Assembly: GCA_033764015.1 (NCBI GenBank)
Contig: JANRJK010000031.1
Span: forward strand, 1-64,000
Direction of reading: 5' to 3'
Length of the DNA stretch: 64,000 bases
Source of the DNA: Candidatus Sumerlaeia bacterium
Lineage (GTDB): Bacteria; Sumerlaeota; Sumerlaeia; SLMS01; JANRJK01
Of the stretch, positions 17,293 to 28,110 are shown in pieces. A program made the translations under genes and the position numbers. Position 1 is the stretch's first letter; the number at the start of each line of letters is the position of its first letter. The notes under the pieces were generated by a model. That model was not told the origin of the DNA and did not search any database. It saw only the letters and a list, made by a program, of their open reading frames with translations.

Positions 17293-19095
17293 ATGGCGAC
17301 AAACGAGGCCCCCGCCGATCCGTCCCCGGAGGACCCCGCCGGCCCGACGTCCCGTGCGGGTTGCGCCGCCGTCCTCGCCGCCGTGTTCGCCGCCATGGCC
17401 TGGTGGTCACGGGGCGCCTGGCCCGACGCCACCGTGGACTTCGGGCGCGAGCTCTACCTCACGTGGCGCGTCGCGGAGGGCGACCTGCTGTACCGCGACC
17501 TGCCGTACTTCGACGGGCCGCTGTCGCTGCTGCTCAACGGCGGGCTCGCGTCGCTCGCCGGGATGTCGCTGCGGACGCTGGTCGCGGCGAACCTGCTGGT
17601 GGCCGCGGCGCTCACGGTGGCGCTCTTCGCGCTGCTCGAACGCATCGCCGACCGCTGGGCCGCGCTCGCGGGCTGCGTGCTCTGGCTCACCACCTTCGCC
17701 TTCGCCCGGCTGCTCGACGTGGGGAACTACAATTTCGCGGCGCCGTACACGCACCTCGCGACGCACGGGACCATGCTGGCCGCGGCGTCGCTGCTGTGCC
17801 TCGACCGCGTGCTGCGCGGCTCCTGGCGCTGGGGCGGCGCGCTCGGGCTCGCGCTCGGGACCGCGTTCCTCGGCAAGGCGGACTTCTTCGCGGCGACGCT
17901 CGGGGCTGTCCTCGCGGGCGCGCTGGCCGGGGTGTGGGCCATGCCGGACTCGCGCGCCGCGCTGCGCCGCGCCGCGCTCGCGGCCGCCGCCTGCGCGCCG
18001 TTGGCGCCGCTTCTCTGCGTCGCCTGGTTCGCGCGCGAGCTGCCGCTTTCCGAGGCGGTCCGCGCCGCGCTCGGAAGCTGGCCGCACCTGCTCGGCGGCG
18101 CCTCCGGGCTTCCCTTCTACCGCGGCGTGCTCGGCGTGGACCAACTCGGCGCGAACCTTCGCCTGATGGCCGTGGCGTCCGCCGGCTGGTGCGCGCTGCT
18201 GGCCGCGCTGCTCGCGGCCGCGCGCCTCGTGCGCGTCCCCGCCGGGCGCGAGGGCCTCGCCGCCGCGGCGGCATTCATCGCGCCGGTCGCGCTGCTGTCG
18301 CAGGCCCGCTGGCCCGACGCGTTCCGCCCGCTGCCGCTCGCCGTCGCGGCGCTCTGCGTGTGGAGCCTCTGGCCGCTGCGCGCGTCCCGGGGCGGTGCGG
18401 AGGCGCCGCGCGCCGCGCTGCGCCTGGCGTTCCTCGCGTGGGGCGCGTTGCTGCTGGGCAAGGTCGCCCTCAACGCCAAGCTGCGCCACTACGGCTTCGC
18501 GCTGGCGCTCCCCGGCTCGCTCGCGCTCTGCGCGTTCCTGGTCCGCTGGCTGCCGGAGCTGCTGCGGCGCTGGCCGCTCCCCACGGCGGCGGCGCGCGCG
18601 GCGGGACTCGGCGTCACCGCCTCCGTGGTCCTCGCGCACCTGCTGGTTTCGGGCTTCTGGTACGGCACCCTGAAGACGCCGGTGGGGGAGGGGGCGGACC
18701 GCTTCCGCGCGCAGGCGTCCGCCGCCGCCATCGACGAGGCGGTAGCCTGGCTCGAGCGCGAACGCCCCGGCGCCACGCTCGCCGCCTACCCGGACGGCGC
18801 GATGCTGAACTACCTCGCGCGGCGGAGGAATCCTTCGGGCCAGACGCTGGCGGTGCCGACCGCGCTCGCGCTGATCGGCGAGGAGAACGTCGTCCGCGCC
18901 CTGGCCGCCGCCCCGCCGGACCTGGTCGCGGTCGTGCACAAGGACACGTCGGACGAAGGCGCGCGGTTCTTCGGCGCCGACTACGCGCTCCTGCTCGACG
19001 GCTGGATCCGCGAGAACTACCGCGGCGTGGCGCTCTTCGGCGAGCCGCCGCACACGGGGCCCGGCTTCGGCATCGTGATCCTCGAACGGCGCTGA
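17293..19095 (+). CDS. Polytopic membrane protein, probable GT-C (ArnT/PMT-like) glycosyltransferase
   Basis: DFGRELY...LYRDLPYFDGPL first-loop motif, many TMs, soluble C-terminal domain. Confidence 0.7.
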   Translation: MATNEAPADPSPEDPAGPTSRAGCAAVLAAVFAAMAWWSRGAWPDATVDFGRELYLTWRVAEGDLLYRDLPYFDGPLSLLLNGGLASLAGMSLRTLVAANLLVAAALTVALFALLERIADRWAALAGCVLWLTTFAFARLLDVGNYNFAAPYTHLATHGTMLAAASLLCLDRVLRGSWRWGGALGLALGTAFLGKADFFAATLGAVLAGALAGVWAMPDSRAALRRAALAAAACAPLAPLLCVAWFARELPLSEAVRAALGSWPHLLGGASGLPFYRGVLGVDQLGANLRLMAVASAGWCALLAALLAAARLVRVPAGREGLAAAAAFIAPVALLSQARWPDAFRPLPLAVAALCVWSLWPLRASRGGAEAPRAALRLAFLAWGALLLGKVALNAKLRHYGFALALPGSLALCAFLVRWLPELLRRWPLPTAAARAAGLGVTASVVLAHLLVSGFWYGTLKTPVGEGADRFRAQASAAAIDEAVAWLERERPGATLAAYPDGAMLNYLARRRNPSGQTLAVPTALALIGEENVVRALAAAPPDLVAVVHKDTSDEGARFFGADYALLLDGWIRENYRGVALFGEPPHTGPGFGIVILERR

Positions 19096-19194
19096 GCGCG
19101 CGCGCCGGCCCGCCATCGCCCTCGACACCATGGCGCGGCGCGCGGCATCCGGGCCTCGCGGGGCGCGAACGCTCCGCCCGGAGCAACGCCCCCC

Positions 19195-19587
19195 TTGGCC
19201 ACCGTCCTACTCCTCTTCGCAAGCAACGTCTTCATGACGTTCGCCTGGTACGGCCACCTGAAGTTCGAAAACGTCCCGCTGTGGAAAGTGGTGCTGATCA
19301 GTTGGGGCATCGCCTTCTTCGAATACTGCCTCATGGTGCCGGCGAACCGGCTCGGCTACGGCCGCTTCTCCGCCTTCGAGCTGAAGATCATCCAGGAGGT
19401 GATCACGCTGACCGTGTTCATCGGGTTCGCCCTGCTCTGGCTGCGCGAGGCGCCGCGCTGGAACCACCTCGCGGCGTTCTTCCTGGTTTTCCTGGCGGTG
19501 TGGGTGGCCTTCCTGCCGCAGAAGAAGGAACCCGGCGGCGGCGCGCCGCCGACCGCCATCGGGGCCGGCCCGCCCGCGGCGCCCTAG
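19195..19587 (+). CDS. DMT-superfamily small membrane protein (DUF486/DMT_6)
   Basis: SNVFMTFAWYGHLK, SWGIAFFEYCLMVPANR, LKIIQEVITL. Confidence 0.9.
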   Translation: MATVLLLFASNVFMTFAWYGHLKFENVPLWKVVLISWGIAFFEYCLMVPANRLGYGRFSAFELKIIQEVITLTVFIGFALLWLREAPRWNHLAAFFLVFLAVWVAFLPQKKEPGGGAPPTAIGAGPPAAP

Positions 19588-20261
19588 GACAGCACGCGCA
19601 CCAGCGCGAAGCCGTCGTGGCTCTTCGCCCCGATCGTCTGGATCGCGGTCGCGGCCACGCGCGGGTTGCCGCGCAGGCGCTCGACGAAGCGGCGGATGCC
19701 GAGGACCGAGGGATCGGTGCTCGCCGCGTCCGCCACGGCGCCTTCGCGCCCCACATTGTCCACGACGATCAGCGTGCCCGGGCGCGACAGCTCCAGCGCG
19801 CGGTCGAAGTACTCCGCCGTCGTCTGCTTGTCCGCGTCGATGAACACGAAGTCGAACGGCGCGCCGTCGGCGGGGCCGAGCGCCATCATCGACTCGAGCG
19901 CCGGGCCCACGCGCACCTCCACCAGCTCCGCGACCCCCGCGTCGGCGAGGTTCATCCGCGCCACGGCGGCGTGCGCCTCCTTCAGCTCGAGCGACAGCAC
20001 CCTTCCGCCGGCCGCCCGCGCCGCGCGCGCGAGGAAGATCGTGCTGAACCCGCCCAGCGTCCCCACCTCGAGCACCGACCGCGCGCCCGCGGTAAGCGCC
20101 AGCAGCTCGAGCAGCTTTCCCTGGCAGGCGGACACGTTGATCGGCGGCAGCCCCGCCTCTGCGCTGCGCCGCAACGCCCCCTCGAGCGCGTCGTCGCGCA
20201 GGGAAAGCGCCTCCTCGAAGTAGGCGTCGACCAGGCCGGCGAGGCGCGGGATGTCGGACAT
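19584..20261 (-). CDS. Class I O-methyltransferase (caffeoyl-CoA OMT-like)
   Basis: VLEVGTLGGFST, FDFVFIDADK, IVVDNV, KSHDGF; ATG at 20261. Confidence 0.92.
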   Translation of the reverse strand: MSDIPRLAGLVDAYFEEALSLRDDALEGALRRSAEAGLPPINVSACQGKLLELLALTAGARSVLEVGTLGGFSTIFLARAARAAGGRVLSLELKEAHAAVARMNLADAGVAELVEVRVGPALESMMALGPADGAPFDFVFIDADKQTTAEYFDRALELSRPGTLIVVDNVGREGAVADAASTDPSVLGIRRFVERLRGNPRVAATAIQTIGAKSHDGFALVRVLS

Positions 20262-20296
20262 GGCGCGGCTCCGCGGGGCTTCGTCCTGCCGGCCCC

Positions 20297-20530
20297 TCAG
20301 CAGTCCTTGTGGCTGCCGTCGCAGTAGGGCGGGGTCTTCGTCTGGCGGCAGCCGCAGAACGCCACCTTCTTCGCGGCCTCCAGCTCCACCAGGATCGGGC
20401 GCTGGCCCGTGCCCGCGCCCTTGTGGGCGCCGTCGCAGAAGGGCTGCGTGGCCGAGTGGCCGCACGTGCAGTACCACTTCTTGCCGGCTTCGCATTCGAC
20501 CACGTAGGGCGACTTCGGAAACTCGGGCAT
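20297..20530 (-). CDS. CDGSH iron-sulfur protein (two CDGSH motifs)
   Basis: CTCGHSATQPFCDGAH and CGCRQTKTPPYCDGSH. Confidence 0.92.
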   Translation of the reverse strand: MPEFPKSPYVVECEAGKKWYCTCGHSATQPFCDGAHKGAGTGQRPILVELEAAKKVAFCGCRQTKTPPYCDGSHKDC

Positions 20531-20693
20531 CGCGGGCACCTCGACTCTTGGGATGCGTGTGCATAGCCCGCTCCCGGCGCCGCGGCCAACCGGATTCGTG
20601 GACGGGCGGGCGCCGGATCCAGCCGCCGCGCGCGCCCTTGCCTTCCCGCCGGGACCGCCGCACGCTCGGTTCCCTACAGAAGGAGACCCGCCC

Positions 20694-22169
20694 GTGCCCC
20701 CCCCGGAAAAGGTTCCCGTCCTCGTCGCCGACGACGAGCAGAACATCCGATTCGTCCTCCGCGAGCTCCTCGGCGCGGAGGGGTTCCCCGTCACGGAAAG
20801 CCCCGACGGCGAGGACGCCGTCGCGAAGGTGCTCCACGGCGACTTCCCGGTGGTGCTGATGGACGTGCGGATGCCCAGGCTGGACGGCATGTCCGCGCTC
20901 CGGAAGATCCGCGAGGCGAAGCCCGACACGGTGGTGCTGGTGATCACGGCGCACGGCACGCAGAAGACCGCGCTCGAGGCGGTCCAGGCCGGCGCCTACG
21001 ACTACTTCCAGAAGCCCTTCGACCTCAACGAGGTGAAGGTCGTCGTGCGCCGCGCCGCGGAGAAGGCCCGCCTCCTCGCGCAGCTCCGCCGCATGGAGTC
21101 GGACCTCCGCTCGCGCTACAGCTTCGACAACATCGTCGGCCAGAGCCCCGCCATGCGCGAGGTCTACGACCTCATCAACCGCGTGGTCGACAACGACGTC
21201 ACGGTGCTCGTCACGGGCGAATCGGGCACCGGCAAGGAAGTGATCGCCGGCGCGCTCCACAACAACGGCCCCCGCGCCAAGGGGCCGCTCGTGAAGGTCA
21301 ACACCGTCGCCATCCCCGAGACGCTCCTCGAATCCGAGCTCTTCGGCCACGAGCGCGGCTCCTTCACCGGCGCCGTGCAGCAGAAGATCGGCAAGGTCGA
21401 GGCGGCCCACGGCGGAACGCTCTTCCTCGACGAGATCGGGGACATGCCGCTCACGCTCCAGTCGAAGCTCCTCCGCGTCCTCCAAGAGCGCGAGATCGAG
21501 CGCGTCGGCTCCACAAAGACCGTCAAGGTCGACATCCGCGTGGTCTGCGCAACGAACCGCGACCTCGCAAAGCAGGTCGAAAAGGGCGAGTTCCGCGAGG
21601 ACCTCTACTACCGCATCAACGTCCTCCCGATCCACCTCCCCCCGCTGCGCAAGCGCCGCGAGGACATCCCGCTGCTGATCGACCACTTCATCCAGGTCTA
21701 CAACGCGCGGCTGAACCGCAACATCCGCGGCCTCGACGCCGGCGCGCTGCGGCACTTCCTCAACTACGGCTGGCCCGGCAACATCCGCGAGCTCGAGAAC
21801 ACGATCCAGCGCGTGATGCTGATGGCCCGCGGCGAAACGATCACCGCCGCGGACCTCCCGCCGACGCTCCGCGGCGGCGCGCCCCCCTCGGACGCCGCCC
21901 CCGGCGCCGCGCCGATCGCGGGGCTCGACCTCGCCGCACTCCTCGACAAGGACGACTTCGCCCAGCCCCTCGCGGACCGCCTGCAAGCGATCACCGACGT
22001 GATGGAGAAGCACCTGATCCGCGCCGCGCTCGAGAAGGCCAACGGCCACCGCCAGGAGACCGCCGACCTGCTCGGCATCTCGCGCAAGTCGCTCCACAAC
22101 AAGATGGTCCGCTACGGCATGTTCGAGGACGAGGACGAGAAGTACGGCACCCGGCCCGGCAGGGGGTAG
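20694..22169 (+). CDS. NtrC-family sigma54-dependent response regulator
   Basis: REC (ADDE, MDVRMP), AAA+ (GESGTGKE, ESELFGHERGSFTGA, WPGNIRELEN), Fis-type HTH; AAGGAG RBS. Confidence 0.95.
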   Translation: MPPPEKVPVLVADDEQNIRFVLRELLGAEGFPVTESPDGEDAVAKVLHGDFPVVLMDVRMPRLDGMSALRKIREAKPDTVVLVITAHGTQKTALEAVQAGAYDYFQKPFDLNEVKVVVRRAAEKARLLAQLRRMESDLRSRYSFDNIVGQSPAMREVYDLINRVVDNDVTVLVTGESGTGKEVIAGALHNNGPRAKGPLVKVNTVAIPETLLESELFGHERGSFTGAVQQKIGKVEAAHGGTLFLDEIGDMPLTLQSKLLRVLQEREIERVGSTKTVKVDIRVVCATNRDLAKQVEKGEFREDLYYRINVLPIHLPPLRKRREDIPLLIDHFIQVYNARLNRNIRGLDAGALRHFLNYGWPGNIRELENTIQRVMLMARGETITAADLPPTLRGGAPPSDAAPGAAPIAGLDLAALLDKDDFAQPLADRLQAITDVMEKHLIRAALEKANGHRQETADLLGISRKSLHNKMVRYGMFEDEDEKYGTRPGRG

Positions 22170-22172
22170 GCG

Positions 22173-22277
22173 ATGGCGGTTCCAACTTACGACCAGTTTA
22201 TCGACCACTCGGTCGGGGTGTCCCTCCGCTCTGTGTACATCCCGCGGATCGATAGCGACTTCTTCGAGGAGGAGTGA
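22173..22277 (+). pseudogene. mrr: Internally deleted remnant of type IV restriction endonuclease Mrr
   Basis: 34 aa MAVPTYDQFIDHSVGVSLRSVYIPRIDSDFFEEE: a Mrr-like N-terminus (cf. MTVPTYDKFIE) joined directly to a Mrr-like C-terminus (GVS...P+(L/I)DxD(Y/F)FE); lower GC. Confidence 0.75.
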
Positions 22278-22506
22278 CCCCCTTCCGGGGGAGGCGCGCG
22301 AGGATGCCGCATGATCGGGAGACCTCCTCGTGAACCGCGTCGCGAAAGTACGTCATCCGGGGAGCCGCGAGGGCTGTCCGACGCGATCCGCTCGCGGCGA
22401 AGCGTGCCCCGGGCGGCGCGCAAGCGCAGGGGAATGAGCCGCCGGGCCGCTTTCCTTCTTGCGGCTCGGCGGGTGGTCGGGGCTTTCTGGCGCTGAGCCG
22501 TATGCG

Positions 22507-25125
22507 ATGAAGCCGATGCCCCCCGCCGCCCCGCCGCGCCGCTGGAGCGCCCACGCCGCGACCCTGTTCGCGCTCGCGGCGATGCTCCTGTGCGCCGCGC
22601 TGGCGCCCGCGCAGACTCCGCTGCAGGGGCCCTTCCCCGCCGACACGCCGGTCGAGGTCGGCTCCCCCGCGGAGCGCATCCGCATCGTTCCCGGCGAAGG
22701 CATGTTCGTCGAAGAGAACGTCGCCTACGCCCGCGGTCGCACCACGATCTTCTACGACGACCGCCGCCTCATCGCCGACCGCATCATCCTGGACCTCGTC
22801 ACGCTCGAGGCGCAGGCGTACGGCGACGTCCTGTTCGTCGGCGAGAAGGAGGAGGTGCGCGCGGACTCGGCCCGCTACAACTTCCGCCGCAACGAGGGCA
22901 TCGCCTTCGGCGTCGACGGACGCTACGACGCGCTCTACTTCAAGTCCGTCTGGGACGAGGAGGCCAAGGGCCCCTCGATGCGCCGCATCAGCGAGAACGA
23001 AGCGCTTTTCCGCGGCTCCCAGTTCACCACCTGCGACTTCCCGGTCCCGCACTACTACATCACCGCGAAGGAAGTGACGCTCGTCCCCGAGCACAAAGTG
23101 TTCTTCCGCGAAATGACGCTCTGGGTGCGCGGCGTGCCGGTGCTCTACCTGCCGTTCTACTCGCGCGGCTTCGAGCCCTCGCCCTGGAGCTTCCAGTTCG
23201 GCTACAACACGCGGCTCGGCGCCTTCGCGCGGCTCGGCTACCGCTACGTGCACCGCCTGCGCACGCCGGACTGGGAGAACCCCTCGGTCTACCGCACGCG
23301 CTCGACCGGCACGCTGGACGCCTTCGCCGACTACTTCAGCGGCGCGGGCGAGGGCGCCGGCATCACCTACCGGTACCGCCTCGCCAACGACCGCCACCTC
23401 GGCTACATGCGCATCTACGGCCTCCGCGACCGCGTCCGCGACCTCTCCGTCGACGAGTTCGACGCGGACGACACGTTCCGCGAGGGCGAGGACCGCGACG
23501 ACGGCGGCGACCGCTGGGTCTACCGGCACCGCCACAACACCATGCTCGGACGCACGATCTTCCAGGCGGACGTGGACTGGCTCTCGGACCCGGACCTCTA
23601 CGTCGACGTGCTGGACCGCTTCGAGGACTTCGAGGAACAGCGCGGGCGCGTGATCGACCGCCGCGTGCGCTTCGCCGGCACCTACCTGCGCGAGGACTGG
23701 CTGGCCCGCATCATGTTCGACCGCCGCGAACGCGTCGGCCGCGACCGCTACACAGACTTCCAGGAACCGTACGACGACGACCGCGACCTGGAACTGCGCC
23801 CCGTCACGCGCAACCGCGACGACCGCGGCATCTCCTCCGCCCGCTACGGTGTCGTCCGCGAGGCCTACTCCGGCCGCGTCGCCTCGAACCTGGTGAAGCT
23901 CTGGAACATCCCGATCTACGCCCGCCTCGAGACCAACGCCTTCCAGGCGCTCGACAGCGGCTTCAACTCGCTCGACGACGCGGACGACACGACGGTGAAC
24001 GGCGCCGACCTCTACGGGTCGCTGACGAACCGGATCCGCCTCGGCGAACGCGTCACCTGGACCAACACCGTCGGCGTCGGCGCCGGCGTCTACGAGCGCG
24101 AGGACGAGCGCCTCGTCCCCCGCAGGCTCCTCCGCCCCACCGGCACCACGACGATCGACGGCCAGCGCTTCGCGGACGAGGACACGATCTTCCTCGGCGA
24201 CGGCACCAAGACGCTCTCCTCGACGGACATCGAGCCCGGGTACCTCTGGGCCGACTACCGCAGCCGCCTCAACGCGCGCTTCACCGACACGCTGGAGGGC
24301 TCGCTCACCTACACGTTCCGCCAAGGGACCGAGGACAGCCTCGGCGAGTTCTACGAGCGCGCCGGCCGCGTCGAAGCCGCCGAGGACGTGTACGACTTCA
24401 AGACCAGCCGGCACTGGGTGGAAGCGCTCCTCGACTACTACCTCCTTTACCCCAACATCAACGTCTTCCTCGGCGGCGGCTACAACCTCCAGTCCGGCGA
24501 CGACATCACCGCGAACGAACGCCTCTACTACGCCAACCTCGGCACGAACTACCGGAACGACTCGAAGGAGTTCGACGTCCTCAGCCTGGTGAGCTACCAG
24601 ACGCGCCAGCTCCGCGACCGCAGCGACCCGAACAACTTCGAACAAGGCACCGTCGGCTACACGCTCCAGACGCAGTACGTGCCGTTGAACGGCCGCTGGT
24701 GGACGCTGCTGCGCCTCACGGCGGAAACGAAGCTGGACGACGATCCGCTCGTCTCCTCGAACGAGGACTTCGACGAAAACCGCGACAAGATCCGCGGCGA
24801 CTTCATCTTCGGCGGCAAGGTGGGCCCGAAGCACATCCTCGAGCTGCAAACGGCGTTCGACTCCGAACTCGCCGGCGGCTGGCGGCGCATCGGCCTGCTG
24901 TTCCGGCGCGACCTGCACGACGCGGAACTGGCGCTCTTCGGCGGCGTGGTGAACCGCCAGAAGGAGAACGCCAACGTGGACGACGACCGCAACGAGAGCC
25001 AGCCGACGGAGCTGGAGGTGCGCGGCACGCTCAAGTTCAAGCTCCCCTCCGACGGCCCCGAGTCGCGCCGCGCCAGCCTCCGCACCCTGCAGGACGCCCG
25101 GACCGGCTCGCTCTTCGTCGAGTAG
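22507..25125 (+). CDS. lptD: LptD-like outer-membrane LPS-assembly protein
   Basis: Signal peptide; OstA-like N-domain (LIADRII, VRADSARYN); FTTCDFPVPHY and GVPVLYLPFY motifs; beta-strand-rich C-terminal barrel. Confidence 0.75.
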   Translation: MKPMPPAAPPRRWSAHAATLFALAAMLLCAALAPAQTPLQGPFPADTPVEVGSPAERIRIVPGEGMFVEENVAYARGRTTIFYDDRRLIADRIILDLVTLEAQAYGDVLFVGEKEEVRADSARYNFRRNEGIAFGVDGRYDALYFKSVWDEEAKGPSMRRISENEALFRGSQFTTCDFPVPHYYITAKEVTLVPEHKVFFREMTLWVRGVPVLYLPFYSRGFEPSPWSFQFGYNTRLGAFARLGYRYVHRLRTPDWENPSVYRTRSTGTLDAFADYFSGAGEGAGITYRYRLANDRHLGYMRIYGLRDRVRDLSVDEFDADDTFREGEDRDDGGDRWVYRHRHNTMLGRTIFQADVDWLSDPDLYVDVLDRFEDFEEQRGRVIDRRVRFAGTYLREDWLARIMFDRRERVGRDRYTDFQEPYDDDRDLELRPVTRNRDDRGISSARYGVVREAYSGRVASNLVKLWNIPIYARLETNAFQALDSGFNSLDDADDTTVNGADLYGSLTNRIRLGERVTWTNTVGVGAGVYEREDERLVPRRLLRPTGTTTIDGQRFADEDTIFLGDGTKTLSSTDIEPGYLWADYRSRLNARFTDTLEGSLTYTFRQGTEDSLGEFYERAGRVEAAEDVYDFKTSRHWVEALLDYYLLYPNINVFLGGGYNLQSGDDITANERLYYANLGTNYRNDSKEFDVLSLVSYQTRQLRDRSDPNNFEQGTVGYTLQTQYVPLNGRWWTLLRLTAETKLDDDPLVSSNEDFDENRDKIRGDFIFGGKVGPKHILELQTAFDSELAGGWRRIGLLFRRDLHDAELALFGGVVNRQKENANVDDDRNESQPTELEVRGTLKFKLPSDGPESRRASLRTLQDARTGSLFVE

Positions 25126-25142
25126 CCCGCGCCCGCGCGGCG

Positions 25143-25158
25143 AGGCACTCCCCTTGCC
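25143..25158 (+). promoter_or_regulatory. Candidate sigma54 (-24/-12) promoter for nuoEF
   Basis: AGGCAC-TCCCC-TTGCC with exact GG-N10-GC spacing, about 65 nt upstream of the nuoE ATG. Confidence 0.4.
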
Positions 25159-25220
25159 ACGGGGGACGCGGAGCGCCGATTTACACCGGTCCGAAACCCG
25201 AGCAGGAGACCCCGCGCACC

Positions 25221-25706
25221 ATGACCCACGCCGCCCCGCAAGGCATCCTCGACGCCCGCATCGACGAGATCGAGGCGATCTGCGCCAAGTACCCGAGCCG
25301 CCGCAGCGCCATGCTGCCCGTGCTCTGGATGGTGCAGCAGCAGGAGGGCTGGATCAGCCAGGCGGCCATGAAAGAGGTCGCCGAGGTCGTCGGCTGCACC
25401 GCCGCGGAAGTGTACGAGGTCGTCTCCTTCTACACCATGTTCCAGCAGCGGCCCACGGGCAAGTACCACATCGGCCTTTGCAAGACGCTGGCGTGCGCGA
25501 TCTGCGGAGCCTTCGAGGCGAGCGACTACATCGCCTCCCGCTACCACATCCCCCCGGGCGGCGTGAGCCCCGACGGACGCTTCTCCATGGAGCACGTCGA
25601 GTGCATCGGCGCCTGCAGCGAAGCGCCGGCGATGCTCGTGGGCCCGGTCCTGCACGGCAACCTGACGCCCGCGCGGATCAACGAGATCCTCGACCACCTG
25701 AGCTGA
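25221..25706 (+). CDS. nuoE: NADH-quinone oxidoreductase subunit E
   Basis: EVVSFYTMF, CKTLAC and CIGAC [2Fe-2S] ligands; AGGAG RBS. Confidence 0.92.
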   Translation: MTHAAPQGILDARIDEIEAICAKYPSRRSAMLPVLWMVQQQEGWISQAAMKEVAEVVGCTAAEVYEVVSFYTMFQQRPTGKYHIGLCKTLACAICGAFEASDYIASRYHIPPGGVSPDGRFSMEHVECIGACSEAPAMLVGPVLHGNLTPARINEILDHLS

Positions 25707-25732
25707 GCTACCCTAGGAGCCCCCGCGCCACC

Positions 25733-27115
<1,383 letters not shown>

Positions 27116-27142
27116 ACCGCCGCCCGCGCAGGCGGGGCGCGC

Positions 27143-28039
27143 TCAGTGCGCGTCGGCGACCGGGCGGTCCTCTTCGCGGCAGTACCGCAGCCAGCGCACG
27201 CAGCGCCACCACAGGTACGCGCCCAGGAGAATCTTGGGCGCCGCCCACCAGTAGTACTGGTTGAGCGAGAAGTACAGCAGCCGAGCCCCGTCGCGCCAGT
27301 CGTACGCGATCCGCTGCGCCTGGTCCGAGAACAGCATCCAGAGCAACTGCGTCGTACCCTGGATCGCGAACGAGAACAGCCCGATCGCCATGATGCTCGC
27401 GATGCCGAGCCGGAACCGCAGCCCCGCCCAGCACGCCACGACGGCCATGATGAACCCGTTCACGGCGCCCTCGAAGAACACCGACGCGAGCTGCATCCAC
27501 GGCGCCCACTCGCGCAGCCACTCCTGGTCCTGCGGCAGCCGGTACATCTGCCAGTTGCCGAAGGTGGTTTCGGCGAACATGAACAGCACGTAGCACGCCA
27601 TGATCGCCGCGGAAACGAGCACCGGCACGCCGATCACGCCTCGGATGAACTGCGAGGGCGTGATGAACGTGGTGCGGAAGGGCTCGTAGAACGGCCCGGG
27701 GCGGAAGCTCAGCAGCGCGCGCCACACCATCACAGCGGGGATGATCGCGCTGGGGCGCAGCATCAGGAAGATGGTCGACTCGATGAACACCAACAGCTGC
27801 GACTGCGCGCCGAAGGCCGCGCCGATGCCCACCAGGCCGAGCTGCCGCTGCCTGACCACGACGCCGATCAGGAACGCCGTCAGCAGCCCGATCCCCATGT
27901 AGGTCAGCGGACGGTTGCGCCAGCGGCGCAGTTCCGCGCGGTAGAACGGGTTCTCGGTCTTGCCCGTGAGCGAGGGCAGCGCCGAGAGATCGGCGAGCGC
28001 GCGCTGGTGCGCTTCGTGGTGGGTGGTGGACGTCGACAT
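27143..28039 (-). CDS. Hypothetical polytopic membrane protein (ABC-2-permease-like N-terminal motif)
   Basis: ENPFYRAELRRWRNR followed by about 6 hydrophobic segments. Confidence 0.65.
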   Translation of the reverse strand: MSTSTTHHEAHQRALADLSALPSLTGKTENPFYRAELRRWRNRPLTYMGIGLLTAFLIGVVVRQRQLGLVGIGAAFGAQSQLLVFIESTIFLMLRPSAIIPAVMVWRALLSFRPGPFYEPFRTTFITPSQFIRGVIGVPVLVSAAIMACYVLFMFAETTFGNWQMYRLPQDQEWLREWAPWMQLASVFFEGAVNGFIMAVVACWAGLRFRLGIASIMAIGLFSFAIQGTTQLLWMLFSDQAQRIAYDWRDGARLLYFSLNQYYWWAAPKILLGAYLWWRCVRWLRYCREEDRPVADAH

Positions 28040-28110
28040 CGCTCCGCAGCTTCCCCGCCCGGCATTCAAGGCGCCGCAACGCCGCAACGCAAGGAGGCAT
28101 CGCCCGCGCC

